Shown one piece after another: positions 1 to 11,379 of a stretch of DNA of 35,668 nt (position 1 is the stretch's first letter; each line of letters begins with the position of its first letter). A program made the position numbers and the translations under genes. This DNA is from Octopus bimaculoides. Taxonomy: Eukaryota. The notes below the pieces were generated by a model. That model saw nothing but the letters and a program-made list of their open reading frames with translations, was not told the origin of the DNA and ran no database searches. The DNA is taken from positions 162,372,692 to 162,408,359 of the forward strand of contig NC_068981.1 of assembly GCF_001194135.2 (NCBI RefSeq), read 5' to 3'.

Positions 1-210
1 GCCGCGTGGCACACACAGACACTCCCGTCCGACAGCGCTTTCGATCGCAAACTCGCTTTCGATTGAAACCTGAGGTTCGCCGGCGGAAACACGCAGGCAG
101 ACCCGTCTATCCGCCGCTCTCGATCGGCTCAGCGAGTACGCGGTGGCGACCGGCACACGGTCTCGCTCGATGCAATCGGTTCCCGGTTTGTTGTGTTGGT
201 GCGCGTCTCT
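1..210. other. CpG-rich, GC-rich segment (CpG-island-like; identity unresolved)
   Basis: Dense CG dinucleotides (e.g. gttcgccggcgg, gtacgcggtggcgaccgg) in an otherwise CpG-depleted, AT-rich window. It ends abruptly near 210 and is cut by the window start. Confidence 0.55.
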
Positions 211-227
211 TCAGAGTAAAAAGAAAG

Positions 228-1330
228 AAACAAATCAACCCTAGTACTGATTTTTTTTTTCTGAGCCTAATGTTTATTCCACCAATCTTGTTTTGCTGAA
301 CTGCTAAGGTACAGGGAATGTAAACAAACCAACACTAGCTGCCAACCCATGGTGGGAGACAAACAGAAACACACGCACACACACGAACATACACATACAC
401 ACGCATATACATGCACAATACACACACATGCACATATACAAACACACACAAACACACACATATACACGCATATACATACACACATACTCACACNNNNNNN
501 NNNNNNNNNNNNNNNNNNNNNNNNNNNNNNNNNNNNNNNNNNNNNNNNNNNNNNNNNNNNNNNNNNNNNNNNNNNNNNNNNNNNNNNNNNNNNNNNNNNN
601 NNNNNNNNNNNNNNNNNNNNNNNNNNNNNNNNNNNNNNNNNNNNNNNNNNNNNNNNNNNNNNNNNNNNNNNNNNNNNNNNNNNNNNNNNNNNNNNNNNNN
701 NNNNNNNNNNNNNNNNNNNNNNNNNNNNNNNNNNNNNNNNNNNNNNNNNNNNNNNNNNNNNNNNNNNNNNNNNNNNNNNNNNNNNNNNNNNNNNNNNNNN
801 NNNNNNNNNNNNNNNNNNNNNNNNNNNNNNNNNNNNNNNNNNNNNNNNNNNNNNNNNNNNNNNNNNNNNNNNNNNNNNNNNNNNNNNNNNNNNNNNNNNN
901 NNNNNNNNNNNNNNNNNNNNNNNNNNNNNNNNNNNNNNNNNNNNNNNNNNNNNNNNNNNNNNNNNNNNNNNNNNNNNNNNNNNNNNNNNNNNNNNNNNNN
1001 NNNNNNNNNNNNNNNNNNNNNNNNNNNNNNNNNNNNNNNNNNNNNNNNNNNNNNNNNNNNNNNNNNNNNNNNNNNNNNNNNNNNNNNNNNNNNNNNNNNN
1101 NNNNNNNCGATCTTCATGCACACACACAAACACACACATATACACGCATATACATACACACATACTCACACATACATACATACATACATACAATAATCTC
1201 CAATGGGCTTCTTTCAGTTTTCATCTACCAAATCCTCTCAGAAGGCTTTGGTTGACCCAAGCAATAGAATGTTCACAGTAGGACAAAACTCAAAACCACG
1301 TAGTTGGGAAATAAACTTCTTATCACACAA
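228..1330 (-). mobile_element. Family A tRNA-derived SINE, degenerate, with internal (CA/TA) microsatellite spanning an assembly gap
   Basis: 228-370 is the reverse complement of the family A 3' half and 1195-1330 of its head/core; compare the full copies at 5512-5917 and 22519-22920. Confidence 0.7.
494..1107. other. Assembly gap (N run)
   Basis: N characters. The flanks share about 50 bp of identical microsatellite sequence. Confidence 1.
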
Positions 1331-1358
1331 TCATAACTACACCTATTGTATAATTTGA

Positions 1359-1398
<40 letters not shown>

Positions 1399-1513
1399 TA
1401 TAAGGATAAAATCTATATAAGAATTTATCAAATAGTCAGCGTGAAAGACCAATTAAGGGAAAAATTTATACAAAATATATAATTAATTTATTCCCTTTTG
1501 AATAATACATTTA

Positions 1514-1872
1514 NNNNNNNNNNNNNNNNNNNNNNNNNNNNNNNNNNNNNNNNNNNNNNNNNNNNNNNNNNNNNNNNNNNNNNNNNNNNNNNNNNNNNNN
1601 NNNNNNNNNNNNNNNNNNNNNNNNNNNNNNNNNNNNNNNNNNNNNNNNNNNNNNNNNNNNNNNNNNNNNNNNNNNNNNNNNNNNNNNNNNNNNNNNNNNN
1701 NNNNNNNNNNNNNNNNNNNNNNNNNNNNNNNNNNNNNNNNNNNNNNNNNNNNNNNNNNNNNNNNNNNNNNNNNNNNNNNNNNNNNNNNNNNNNNNNNNNN
1801 NNNNNNNNNNNNNNNNNNNNNNNNNNNNNNNNNNNNNNNNNNNNNNNNNNNNNNNNNNNNNNNNNNNNNNNN
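1514..1872. other. Assembly gap (N run)
   Basis: N characters. Confidence 1.
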
Positions 1873-1882
1873 TAAGTAAGTC

Positions 1883-2110
1883 TGTGTGTGTGTCTTTGTG
1901 TTTGTGTTTGTCCTCCTCCACTGCTTGAGAACCAGTGTTAATGTGTTTACATCCCCATAACTTAATCGTTTGGCAGAATGGGCCTGATAGAATAAGTACC
2001 AGGCATAAAAATAAGTCCTGAGGTCGATTTGTTCAACTAAAACCCTTCAAAGTAGTGCCCCAGAATGGCCACAATCAAATGACTGAATCAAGTAAAAAAA
2101 ATAAAAGGTA
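1883..2110 (+). mobile_element. Family A SINE, 3' half
   Basis: gtgtttacatccccataactta...gatagaataagtacc...ggtcgatttg...atggccacaatcaaatgactgaatcaagtaaaa matches the 3' half of 5512-5917. Confidence 0.8.
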
Positions 2111-3075
2111 AAAGATAAAAAAAAAACATATATTCAAATTATGCAATAAAAGCAACTCAAGATGAACATGTTTATTTATATAATATACTTGATATAGATA
2201 TATCATTGAAAAGTCAGAGACTGCAGTGGTCGTCTTAGAAAAGATCCTTTTATAAACATGTTCTGTTAAAAGCACAATATACTTCAGAGCTAGACAAAAC
2301 AAAATCATCCTGGAAGCAACCTCAATAGAGCCAGACGTGCATTTCACCGTTTTTGCAGCTTGTCAGTGTCACACATTCAAGTCAGATCTGACACAAAGTT
2401 GTCTTAATCAGTTTAAAGTATACAAAATCAGTGATTAAACCATTCACTGGTCTTACAAAGAGGCCAGTGTTAAGTATGTCATATACAGAAACATTTTAAT
2501 CTCAAGCAACTTCTGTTGCATAATTTGAGTTTTATTCAGCCGAGTATCTTTGTATGTTCAGCAAATTGTTTATTTACTGTCTCTGTATACCTCAGACTGG
2601 TCAAGACTACTTCATGCCAGAAGTGACTCAAGTGCATTGCATTGGAAAACCACAACTACAGTGAAATGTGCATCTGTCATTCTTGCAGTCACATCTGGAA
2701 GGATTTCATTTCACCTAGCTCAGGAATTTATTGCAATTTGAATACACTACATCTATAATGCAATCTTGTCTCAGGCGACTACTGCAACCTCTGACTTTCC
2801 AATGATCTACAAACATTAAGCCATGTGTGTATACACATATATTTGTAATTGCTTATTTTTATACACTCACTATTTCTCTGTCTGTCTATCTATCTATCTA
2901 TCTAACTAACTAACTTTCTCACTTTCCCTGATAAAGAACTAATGCTTGAAATGTTAAGACACTGGCTTCCAACTTGTAAGCTTTAAACATATTCCATATT
3001 TGTCAGACTATGATCTTCTTGTGTTACTCATTTTCTGTTTATTATCTTTACAGTATATAATCATATGTAAGCATG

Positions 3076-3109
<34 letters not shown>

Positions 3110-4202
3110 TGCACACGTGGATATACATACTTGTGCATATACTTATATGTATGTAGACATGTATATGTATACCTATCTATCTGTCTACCTTACAATCTTG
3201 AGCCAAATACCCCAACCACCTAGCCACACAAACACCTTCACAGAGTTAACTGGGAACTAAACAACACAACTCATCACAGACCGCCATTATACAGAACACA
3301 GTTCTTTAGAAATATATGAAATACATCAATATGTATAAATACATTCTTCAACTCGTCATTTTGTCCAACACAATTTGTTTTTCTTATTCCACCAACAAAC
3401 AGTGAACATTTGCTTTGTTCTTCCTTTTTCGAACTGGTTTCTGTTTTCAATGCATGTTGGTAAGTATTTATGGAAAATAAATACATTAAAATTAATTCAG
3501 CTAATAAAAAATACTGTCACTGAGAAAAAAAATAATCACTTTTATTCAAACAAATATACTTATAATACAGAATATTTCCAGAATGGCAATGATGAGTGTA
3601 CATATAGATGAAATAATACAAGACTTTATCTATGTCATAGCTGTTAAAATACCAAACTACAGTCAAAATAACTAAATGTCTGAAATGTGTATATGTCAAA
3701 GTGTCTGGGAATAGCTTCTGTTAATTATATAATAGTTAATTATATCATAATTATATATTAGGTTTTAGCTGATTAACCTCATATTTAAAGATGAAAATAC
3801 AATTTTATTGATTTGATATCAGTTTCCATTTGGCATCTGGTGTTCTGTTTCTGGATGTGTATATCATACTGGAATGGATTCCTTTGTAATTCCTTGTGGA
3901 ATATGAAATGTAATAACGACGTGCTTTATTTATATAAAGACCCACATCTCACTGTTCATCAATATTTCCAACATCTTCCATTCAATCTTATAATTAGAAA
4001 TCTACAGACAATGCATAAAGAAAAAAGGATAAAGTTCCTTCTCGAGTTATATAGACTCACAGGACCAGATTCCCAGTTTCCATGGCATGTATATTCCTCA
4101 CCATTTTTGCCAGTTGAGTGGACCAAAGCAATCTGAAATGAAGTGTTTTGGTCAAGAACACAATGCATCACCTGGTCCAGGAATCAAAACCACAATCTTA
4201 CA

Positions 4203-4333
4203 CAGTTCTATATCTAAGAGATGAGGAATTATGTACATTATTTACGTATTGGTTAAGAGTACGGGCATATGGAATTGTGGTTAAGAGTGCAGGCTACTAG
4301 CCCCAAGATTCCGAGTGCGATTCCAAGCAGTGA

Positions 4334-4378
<45 letters not shown>

Positions 4379-4528
4379 CAACAACATCAAAAAATACCTT
4401 AGGAATGAGAACCCAGGTTTGAAATTTCCCCAAGATACCTGATGAAGGCTGGAGGGTATATCAGCCGAAATGTGTTAACAACAAACAAGATGGGGACAAA
4501 TATCTGTCAAATGTAAATAATGTACACT
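4203..4528 (+). mobile_element. Composite short element: tRNA-like head + (AAT)n + hammerhead-like module, with inverted terminal segment
   Basis: 8-bp TSD atcttaca (4195-4202 and 4529-4536). Degenerate A box (tggaattgtgg) and B box (gagtgcgattcc) at about 4268-4323. 14-bp perfect inverted repeat tgtacattatttac (4232-4245) / gtaaataatgtaca (4513-4526). Confidence 0.75.
4433..4476 (+). ncRNA. Hammerhead ribozyme-like motif, degenerate (no stem III in this copy)
   Basis: gatac-CTGATGA-a-GGCTG(gagggtatat)CAGCC-GAAA-t-gtgtt: core boxes, 5-bp stem II and a potential stem I (gatac/gtgtt) are present, but no NUH/stem III lies between GAAA and stem I. Confidence 0.55.
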
Positions 4529-4627
4529 ATCTTACAATCATGAGTTCAAAGCCCTAACCACTAAGCCACATGCCTCCACACAGACCATACATCTTATGTA
4601 AGAAATATCAGTATTTTAAGGAACTAA

Positions 4628-4845
4628 GATGGTGAGCTGGCAGGACTGTTATAGCATGCTGGACAAAAGGCTCAGTGGCATTTTGCCCATTTTTATGTTC
4701 TGAGTTCAAATTCCACCAAGGTTAACTTTGCCTTTTATCCTTTTAGGATCAATAAAATAAGTACCAGTTGAGCACTTGAATTGATGTAATCGACTTACCC
4801 CGCTCCCTCAAACTTGTTGGCCTTGTGCCAACATTTAAAACCTGT
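4628..4845 (+). mobile_element. Family B tRNA-derived SINE
   Basis: gagctggcagga head, gagttcaaattcc B box, gccttttatccttttaggatcaataaaataagtaccagtt central block, ggccttgtgcc 3' end. Confidence 0.85.
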
Positions 4846-5364
4846 ATTTTAAGGAATTAAGTTTCTATGAAAATAGCCACAAGGTTAGCTGTCTAAATCA
4901 CAAACTTAGGCTTCTCATAATGTACAGTCACAGAAATGGGGATAACTTATAATAATCATTATCAATCAATACTCAGTCTTAATACAATCCAGTGAATCCA
5001 CTACCACTGGTCTATGTCCTGCCTGCTGTGTTTATATGATCACCATAGCAACATCTCTGACAAACTGAAAGTATTTAAGCAGATTCTAACAGGCTTTAAC
5101 CATTCCTCATTTGGTATAATTACACAATCATAATATACAGCTATGATATCATCCCGGTTTTTCTACTGATGCAATTTAAACAAGATGTCAACATGAATAT
5201 CTCTCATCACATTTACTATCTAAAAGGATCATAACCTTATTTTAGCAGCTAGTTGTTCATCAACTGATATTCTAAATTACAATAATAAACAGCAAGAAAG
5301 AACTCTGGAGGGATTCATTTTATGTCAAAAATTGCTGGTAGGAAACTTTCTAGTAATATTATCT

Positions 5365-5511
5365 TCAAATTTTGGCACAAGGCCAGCAATTTCAGGGGAG
5401 GGAGTAAGTTGATTAAATCGCCCCCCAGTGCTCAACTGGTATTTATTTAATCAACCCTGAAAGGATGAAAGGCAAGGCTGATCTCAGAGGAATTAAAATT
5501 TGGAATGTAAA
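5365..5511 (-). mobile_element. Family B SINE, 5'-truncated by the adjacent family A copy
   Basis: Reverse complement of the family B 3' end and central block (ggcacaaggcc...aactggtatt...aaggatgaaaggcaagg). Confidence 0.8.
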
Positions 5512-5917
5512 GGCGTAAGAGTGGCTGTGTGGTAAGTAGCTTGTTTACCAACCACATGGTTCTGGGTTCAGTCCCACTGCGTGGCATCTTGGGCAAGTGT
5601 CTGCTACTATAGCCTCGGGCCGACCAAAGTCATGTGAGTGGATTTGGTAGATGGAAACTGAAAGAAGCCTGTCGTATATATGTATGTATATATATATATG
5701 TGTGTGTCTGTGTTTGCCCCCCCCCCNNNNNNNNNNCACTTGACAACCGATGCTGGTGTGTTTACGTCCTTGTAACTTAGCGGTTCGGCAAAATAGACCG
5801 ATAGAATAAGTACTAGGTTTACAAAAAATAAGTCCTGGGGTCGATTTGCTCGACTAAAGGCGGTGCTCCAACATGGCCACAGTCAAAAGACTGAAACAAG
5901 TAAAAGAGTAAAAGAGA
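5512..5917 (+). mobile_element. Family A SINE, full length (tRNA head, CORE-like block, internal microsatellite, A-rich tail)
   Basis: A box tggctgtgtggt, B box ggttcagtccc, catcttgggcaagtgtc block resembling the CORE-SINE motif, aaaagag tail repeats. Contains a 10-N gap at 5727-5736. Confidence 0.9.
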
Positions 5918-5921
5918 GTAT

Positions 5922-6200
5922 GGATGAAATGCTGCAAACATTTTGCCCAGCATGCTAACAATTCTGCCAGATTGCCACCTAACTACCACCCTTAATAATC
6001 CTTTTTGTTATAGACACAAGGTCTGAAATTTCATGGGAGAGGTCAAGTTGGTTACATCGACTCCTGTACTTTACTGGTATTTATCTTATCGACCCCGAAA
6101 GGATGAAAGGCAAAATCAACCTCAGAGGAATTTGAACCTAGAACGTTAAGATAGACAAAATGTTGTTAGGCATTTTGCCTGGCATGCTAACAGTTCTACC
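5922..6200 (-). mobile_element. Family B SINE fragments (two pieces)
   Basis: gcatgctaacaattctgccag head piece at about 5922-5985 and a fuller copy at about 6005-6200. Confidence 0.75.
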
Positions 6201-6679
6201 CCCTTAAATTTTCAAGTTATGTTGCAGTCTTTAAGAATAACTGCAAAGGTTCAGTTATCAAGGCCCATTGTTGAGTTCCTCCAATTTGCTAGGTTTATTT
6301 ATGCTGCTATCTGATAACAAATCCACAGAATTGTCATACAAACAGAGTGAAACCAGTACAAAACAATCATGTCTGTTTTGTTTCTACTAGAATTATTTTC
6401 AAGAGATTAAATTCTGAAGATTGTAGTTCAATAATGTTATTCTGATAACATTATTGATAACATTAATCAATAGCTGTACAGAAAAGCCATCACAAGGAAA
6501 TCTTATTTTTGCAGGAATTTTTGTGTATTTATCCCTCATTACATCAGGAAAATCTTATATACAGCCAAAAATATATCTAACATATGATTACAATTTCACA
6601 TTTCTTTGAAAAAGAGTGAAAAAAGGAGGTTTTATTTGTATATTTATTTATAGTTTAGTTTTTTTATTTCCTTTATCTT

Positions 6680-6925
6680 TTATCCTTTATTTGTTGCAGT
6701 CCATTAGATTGCGGCCATGCTGGAGCACTGCCTCAAGGAATTTTTAGTCAAACTTATCAGCTCCAGTATTTATTTCCTTTTTAAGACTGGCACTTATTCT
6801 GTCAGTCTCCTTTGCCAAACCACTAAGTTACAGGGGTGTAAACACAACACCAGTTATCAAGCAGTGGTGGGGACAAATGCAGACATAAAGAGATACACAC
6901 ACACACACACACACATATACATACA
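6680..6925 (-). mobile_element. Family A SINE, 3' half
   Basis: gcggccatgctggagcactgcc...ttttgccaaaccactaagttac...gtaaacacaacacc followed by (CA)n. Confidence 0.8.
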
Positions 6926-6930
6926 CACGT

Positions 6931-7157
6931 GTGGAGGGGAGGTATGTGGCTTAGTGATTAGGGTGTTGGACTCATGATCATAAGATTGTGGTTTTGATTC
7001 CTGGACAAGGCAATGTGTTGTGTTCTTGAGCAAAACACTTCACTTCACATTGCTCCAGTCCACCAAGCTGGCAAAAATGTCCAGGCGAGAAATATATACC
7101 ACACAGAAACAGCAAAAATCGGCCCTTATGCCTCGAGAAGGTAACTTCACCTTTACC

Positions 7158-7160
<3 letters not shown>
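6931..7160 (+). mobile_element. Family C tRNA-derived SINE
   Basis: gtggcttagtgattagggtgttggactcatgatcataagattgtggttttgattcc head; gttcttgagcaaaacactt core; acctttacc tail. Confidence 0.8.
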
Positions 7161-7195
<35 letters not shown>

Positions 7196-7881
7196 TTCTG
7201 ATTTAGACATTGTGAAAATGTCTGGCCTTGAGGGAAACATTACCTTACTTGGAGACAGGTGATGGTTGATAACAGCAGGAGGGGCATCCAGCCATTAAAA
7301 AAAAAATCTGCCTCAATAAACTCTGTCCAACCCATACAACCATGGAAAAGTGGACATTAAAACAATAAGGAGGAGGTGGGCTTGGTTCAACTGAAGCTCA
7401 TGAAAGAATACACTTGCCCGAGGGACTGAACTCAAAAACACCACACACTTAGAAAATGAACTTCTTAACCACACAGCCATGCCTGTACATCACTAAAAAA
7501 ATGACAATATATGTTAAGCGGATTCAAACCCACTGGCTGTGTGTCTTCAGTTCCATAACTTTTCCAACACACAACCATTTATCATAGCTTACTTAATAAT
7601 GGCATATTATATGCAAATTGATATTAATTTGTCTTGTAATTAGAGAAAAAATCAATAATTTGTATGTTTTATACTCATTGTCCATATAAGACCACTTATA
7701 AAAATATTTCAAACAATTTCCTGTCTTTTTTGTTCAACAAATCAGTGTTATTTTCTTAATGGTTTGAATTTTTTTTCTTTTATGTATGTATGTCTATATA
7801 TGCATGCAAACGTGTGCTTTGTGTATATATGTTATGTATGTGTATGCTTATATGAGTATGAGTGTGTAAGTGTATATGCAT

Positions 7882-7921
<40 letters not shown>

Positions 7922-7942
7922 CTATATATATATATATATATA

Positions 7943-8094
7943 TTGGCGTTAGGAAGGGCATCCAGCTGTAGAAACTCTGCCAAATTTAGATTGGAGCCTG
8001 GTGTTGCCATCCGGTTTCACCAGTCCTCAGTCAAGTCGTCCAACCCATGCTAGCATGGAAAGCAGACGTTAAACGATGATGATGATGATGATGA
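7943..8094 (+). mobile_element. 5'-truncated 3' end of the RTE LINE, (GAT)n tail
   Basis: ttaggaagggcatccagctgtagaaactctgcc...catgctagcatggaaagcagacgttaaacgatgatgat; homologous to the terminus of the LINE at 30808-32797. Confidence 0.85.
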
Positions 8095-9035
8095 TATATA
8101 TATATGTATGTATGTATGTATCAGTAAATATGTATACGTGTATAAGTGAGTATATATGTGTATAAATGTACAAGTATATGTATTATGTGTATATAAGTGA
8201 GTGTGTGTTGATGTGTGGGTGCCTGTGTGTGTACGTGGATGTGGATGTTTATGTGTGTGTATGTGTGTGTGTGTGCATGCTCATGTTTGTGCATGTGTGT
8301 GTGTGTGTGTGTGCGTGCTCATATGTGGGCATGTGTGAATGTGTGTGTGTGTGTGTGTAGGTGTAAGGGGGAGAAATGGAGAAATGTCTGGTGTGTAAAA
8401 GAAAACAATGAGAGATATAGAAAGGAAGTGAGTAACCGATGTTGGTGTGTTTACGTGCCTGTAACTTAGCAGTTCAGCAAATGAGACCAATAGAATAAGT
8501 ACTAGGCTTACAAAGAATAAGTTCTGGTGGTCAATCTGTTCAATTAAAGATGGTGCTCCAGCATGGCCACAGTCAAATACTGAAACAAATAAGAAAATAA
8601 GAGAATAAGAGAATATGTATGCAAGAAAGAGAGAGTGAGAGGAAGAGAGAGAGAGAAAGAGTGAGAAAGAGAGAGAGAGAAAGAGTGAGAAAGAGAGAGA
8701 GAGAGAGAAAGAGAGGGACATATGGAGGAAGAGAAGGTGTATGTATAAGAGAAAGATACAGGGAGAGAGAATGGAGAGAGGAAGTATGTGTATGTGAGAA
8801 AGAGATAGAGGGAGAATGAAGTGTGTATGTGAGAGGGAGAGGAAGAAAGGGATAGATGCATGTGTGTGTGTATGTGTGTGTGTTGTGTGAGTAGTGTGTG
8901 AGTGAGAGAGAGTGTGTATGTTTGTGTGTGAGACAGAGGAAGAAAGAAATAGAGTGAAGAGTGTATATGTATGTGAGGAAGAGAGAGAGACAGACAGCAA
9001 CACATCTGTGTGTGTGTGTGTGTGTGTGTGTGTGG
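8095..9035. repeat. Compound (GT)n/(TA)n/(GA)n low-complexity block containing a family A SINE 3' half (8430-8612)
   Basis: Direct inspection. Confidence 0.9.
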
Positions 9036-9569
9036 ATCCGTCTGTTTATGTCTGAGTTGTTCTTTGCTCTCCACCCCTCCACTATAGCATTTCTGTAAAA
9101 TAAAAAAAAAAGGAAAACAACATAATTATGAAAGAACTTTTACCCTAACCCACCCAACAAAATAATAATTAAAATAATTTTCAAAAAAAAAAATTTTCAA
9201 ATGAAGCCTGGCAAACTTATCCTATTGTACCAAAATACCAAAATCTGAAGAGTTTGCAGACACAACTGCTAGGGATAAAGAAATATTCTCAGATTTTTAT
9301 TTTACTAGTAGTGCACAATCTATAAATAAATATCCCAGCATTTTGCACTGAGACAAATAATAAGTGTGGAAACACATTAAGCAAACAAATAAGTAAATAA
9401 TCGAACAGAATGATTAAACATGAAATTATTTGCTAAAAGTGCCAGAAGTAAAATAACAAATATAATATTGAAGAATATTTGTTTTAATTTTTATTTGGTT
9501 GTTCAAAGATTTGCATGAACATACATATACATATATACCACAAATTTCTCATATATAAATATATATCAT

Positions 9570-9927
9570 ATATATGTGTATATATATATATATATATAAG
9601 TATATCATATATATATATATATATATAAGTATATCATATATATATATATATATATAAGTATATCATATATATATATNNNNNNNNNNNNNNNNNNNNNNNN
9701 NNNNNNNNNNNNNNNNNNNNNNNNNNNNNNNNNNNNNNNNNNNNNNNNNNNNNNNNNNNNNNNNNNNNNNNNNNNNNNNNNNNNNNNNNNNNNNNNNNNN
9801 NNNNNNNNNNNNNNNNNNNNNNNNNNNNNNNNNNNNNNNNNNNNNNNNNNNNNNNNNNNNNNNNNNNNNNNNNNNNNNNNNNNNNNNNNNNNNNNNNNNN
9901 NNNNNNNNNNNNNNNNNNNNNNNNNNN

Positions 9928-9975
<48 letters not shown>

Positions 9976-9990
9976 TATATCATATATATA
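9570..9990. repeat. (TA)n-based minisatellite, unit about 30 bp (TA)n-AGTATATCA, spanning the gap at 9677-9927
   Basis: taagtatatcatatata recurs at about 9597, 9626, 9655 and 9972. Confidence 0.85.
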
Positions 9991-10113
9991 TATATAGTTT
10001 TGACTGCATGGATTGAATAAACTAGATTATTTTATCAAACGCACATCCATATATCTATGGCTTGCTTCCATTCTTTCACTCACCTTGCTGTATATGCATG
10101 TGTATGTGTTTAC

Positions 10114-10155
<42 letters not shown>

Positions 10156-10166
10156 GTATATTCATA

Positions 10167-11025
10167 TGAGGTGATATCAAAAGGTTCCTGGACTAATTGT
10201 ATTTAATAAAAAATGACTTATTTACCTAAATTTCAATACCATCTCCTTTGAAATAGTCACCTTGCACAGCAATACACCAGTCCCAGCGTTTCTGCCACTT
10301 TCAGAATTTGACCTGGAAGTTGTTTTCGAGGACTTTCTGCAATTCTCTCTGGATCTTGACAATGGTGTTAAAACAGTGACCTTTGAGCAGTATTTTCATC
10401 TTGGGAAAGAGGTAGAAGTTCACAGATGTTAAATCTGGTGAAAAGAGTGGGCACAGAAGCAATACCATGTTGTTTTAGGCAAGAAACTTACAAGTGAAGA
10501 GAGTTTAGTGTAGAATCCGGTTGCCTTGGCTAACTGTTCTTCCTCAAATGCTCCAAAATGTCACAGTACAACTCTTGATTGATGGTCTGGCCTTGGGGGA
10601 TGAATTTTCAATGCACAATAACACATTTCTGGGACTGGCACTCACGGCAAATCTTCCAGATCACTCATCACCTTCTAGGAACATTCTTCCACTTTTGAAG
10701 AGCCTGTGCTACTCGAAACATTGCATGCAACCCACTGCCTCATTGCTGTAAGCTTGCTGAAGCATGCTCAATGTCTTTCTAGCAGACTTCCCAAGTTTAA
10801 CACAAAATTTTATGTTGGCTTTTTGTTCCAGCTTCCTGTGCATGACAAAAATCACAAACTACAGCATACACGTGGTCACTCAACACAAATTTCACACCCT
10901 GTGAAGTCAACAAAGCAATGTCACTCAACACACTATCTCACAAAGGCCACAGTTAGCTCTCACTGTGCACTGCTATCTGTTGGCATGCTACAGAACCAGT
11001 CTGGGAGCCTCTTGATACCACCTCA
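10167..11025 (-). mobile_element. Mariner-family DNA transposon, internally deleted, non-autonomous
   Basis: TIRs tgaggtgatatcaaaaggttcctggact / agtctgggagcctcttgataccacctca flanked by TA. The minus strand encodes a decayed N-terminus (QKANIKFCVKLGKS) and C-terminus (FSPDLTSVNFYLFPKMK...KRWDWCIAVQGDYF), resembling the mariner YSPDLAPxDF motif. Confidence 0.9.
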
Positions 11026-11379
11026 TATGCGACTTGAAGAAAGTTTGGTCAGTATTTGTTAATCTAAAGACCATCTAGAAACTTTCTCATTTGTTCTCAT
11101 TCACTCCATAGACTGATGGCTTTAATATTTTGGTAATTAAACTTTTGCCAATCAGGAAAATGCCATGGATCTGTTATGGAGGTTACCATGGATCAATCAT
11201 GACTTGATAATGTGGAAAGAAAAGGTTTTATTAAAAATGATTCTAAAATTAATCAATGTCTTTCAAATCAATTTCCAGCTCTACCCAATTACTACCATCC
11301 TTTATTCCCTCTCCTTTCGTCTCCATGCATAAAGTTACTCCCCTCAATGCTTTTGCAAGCTGCATGGTAACCTCACTAG

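Larger units (their letters stand above)
4085..4585 (-). mobile_element. Family C tRNA-derived SINE, split by the insertion at 4203-4528
   Basis: Head (reverse complement tggcttagtggttagggc) at 4537-4585 continues at 4085-4202. Homologous to 6931-7160 and 21186-21420. Confidence 0.8.

Noticed and set aside
1-210. rRNA gene fragment
   Set aside because: GC-rich, but no conserved 18S, 5.8S or 28S motif could be recognised.
267-1921. Long ORFs in the track spanning N runs
   Set aside because: They are made of X residues and microsatellite translations; artefacts of the gaps.
5512-5585. tRNA genes at SINE heads (also 4262, 6931, 21186, 22519)
   Set aside because: A and B boxes are present, but there is no complete cloverleaf and each continues into a repeat body.
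8281-9082. 170-240-aa His/Thr/Ser/Leu-rich ORFs
   Set aside because: Translations of (CA)n and (CT)n low-complexity DNA.
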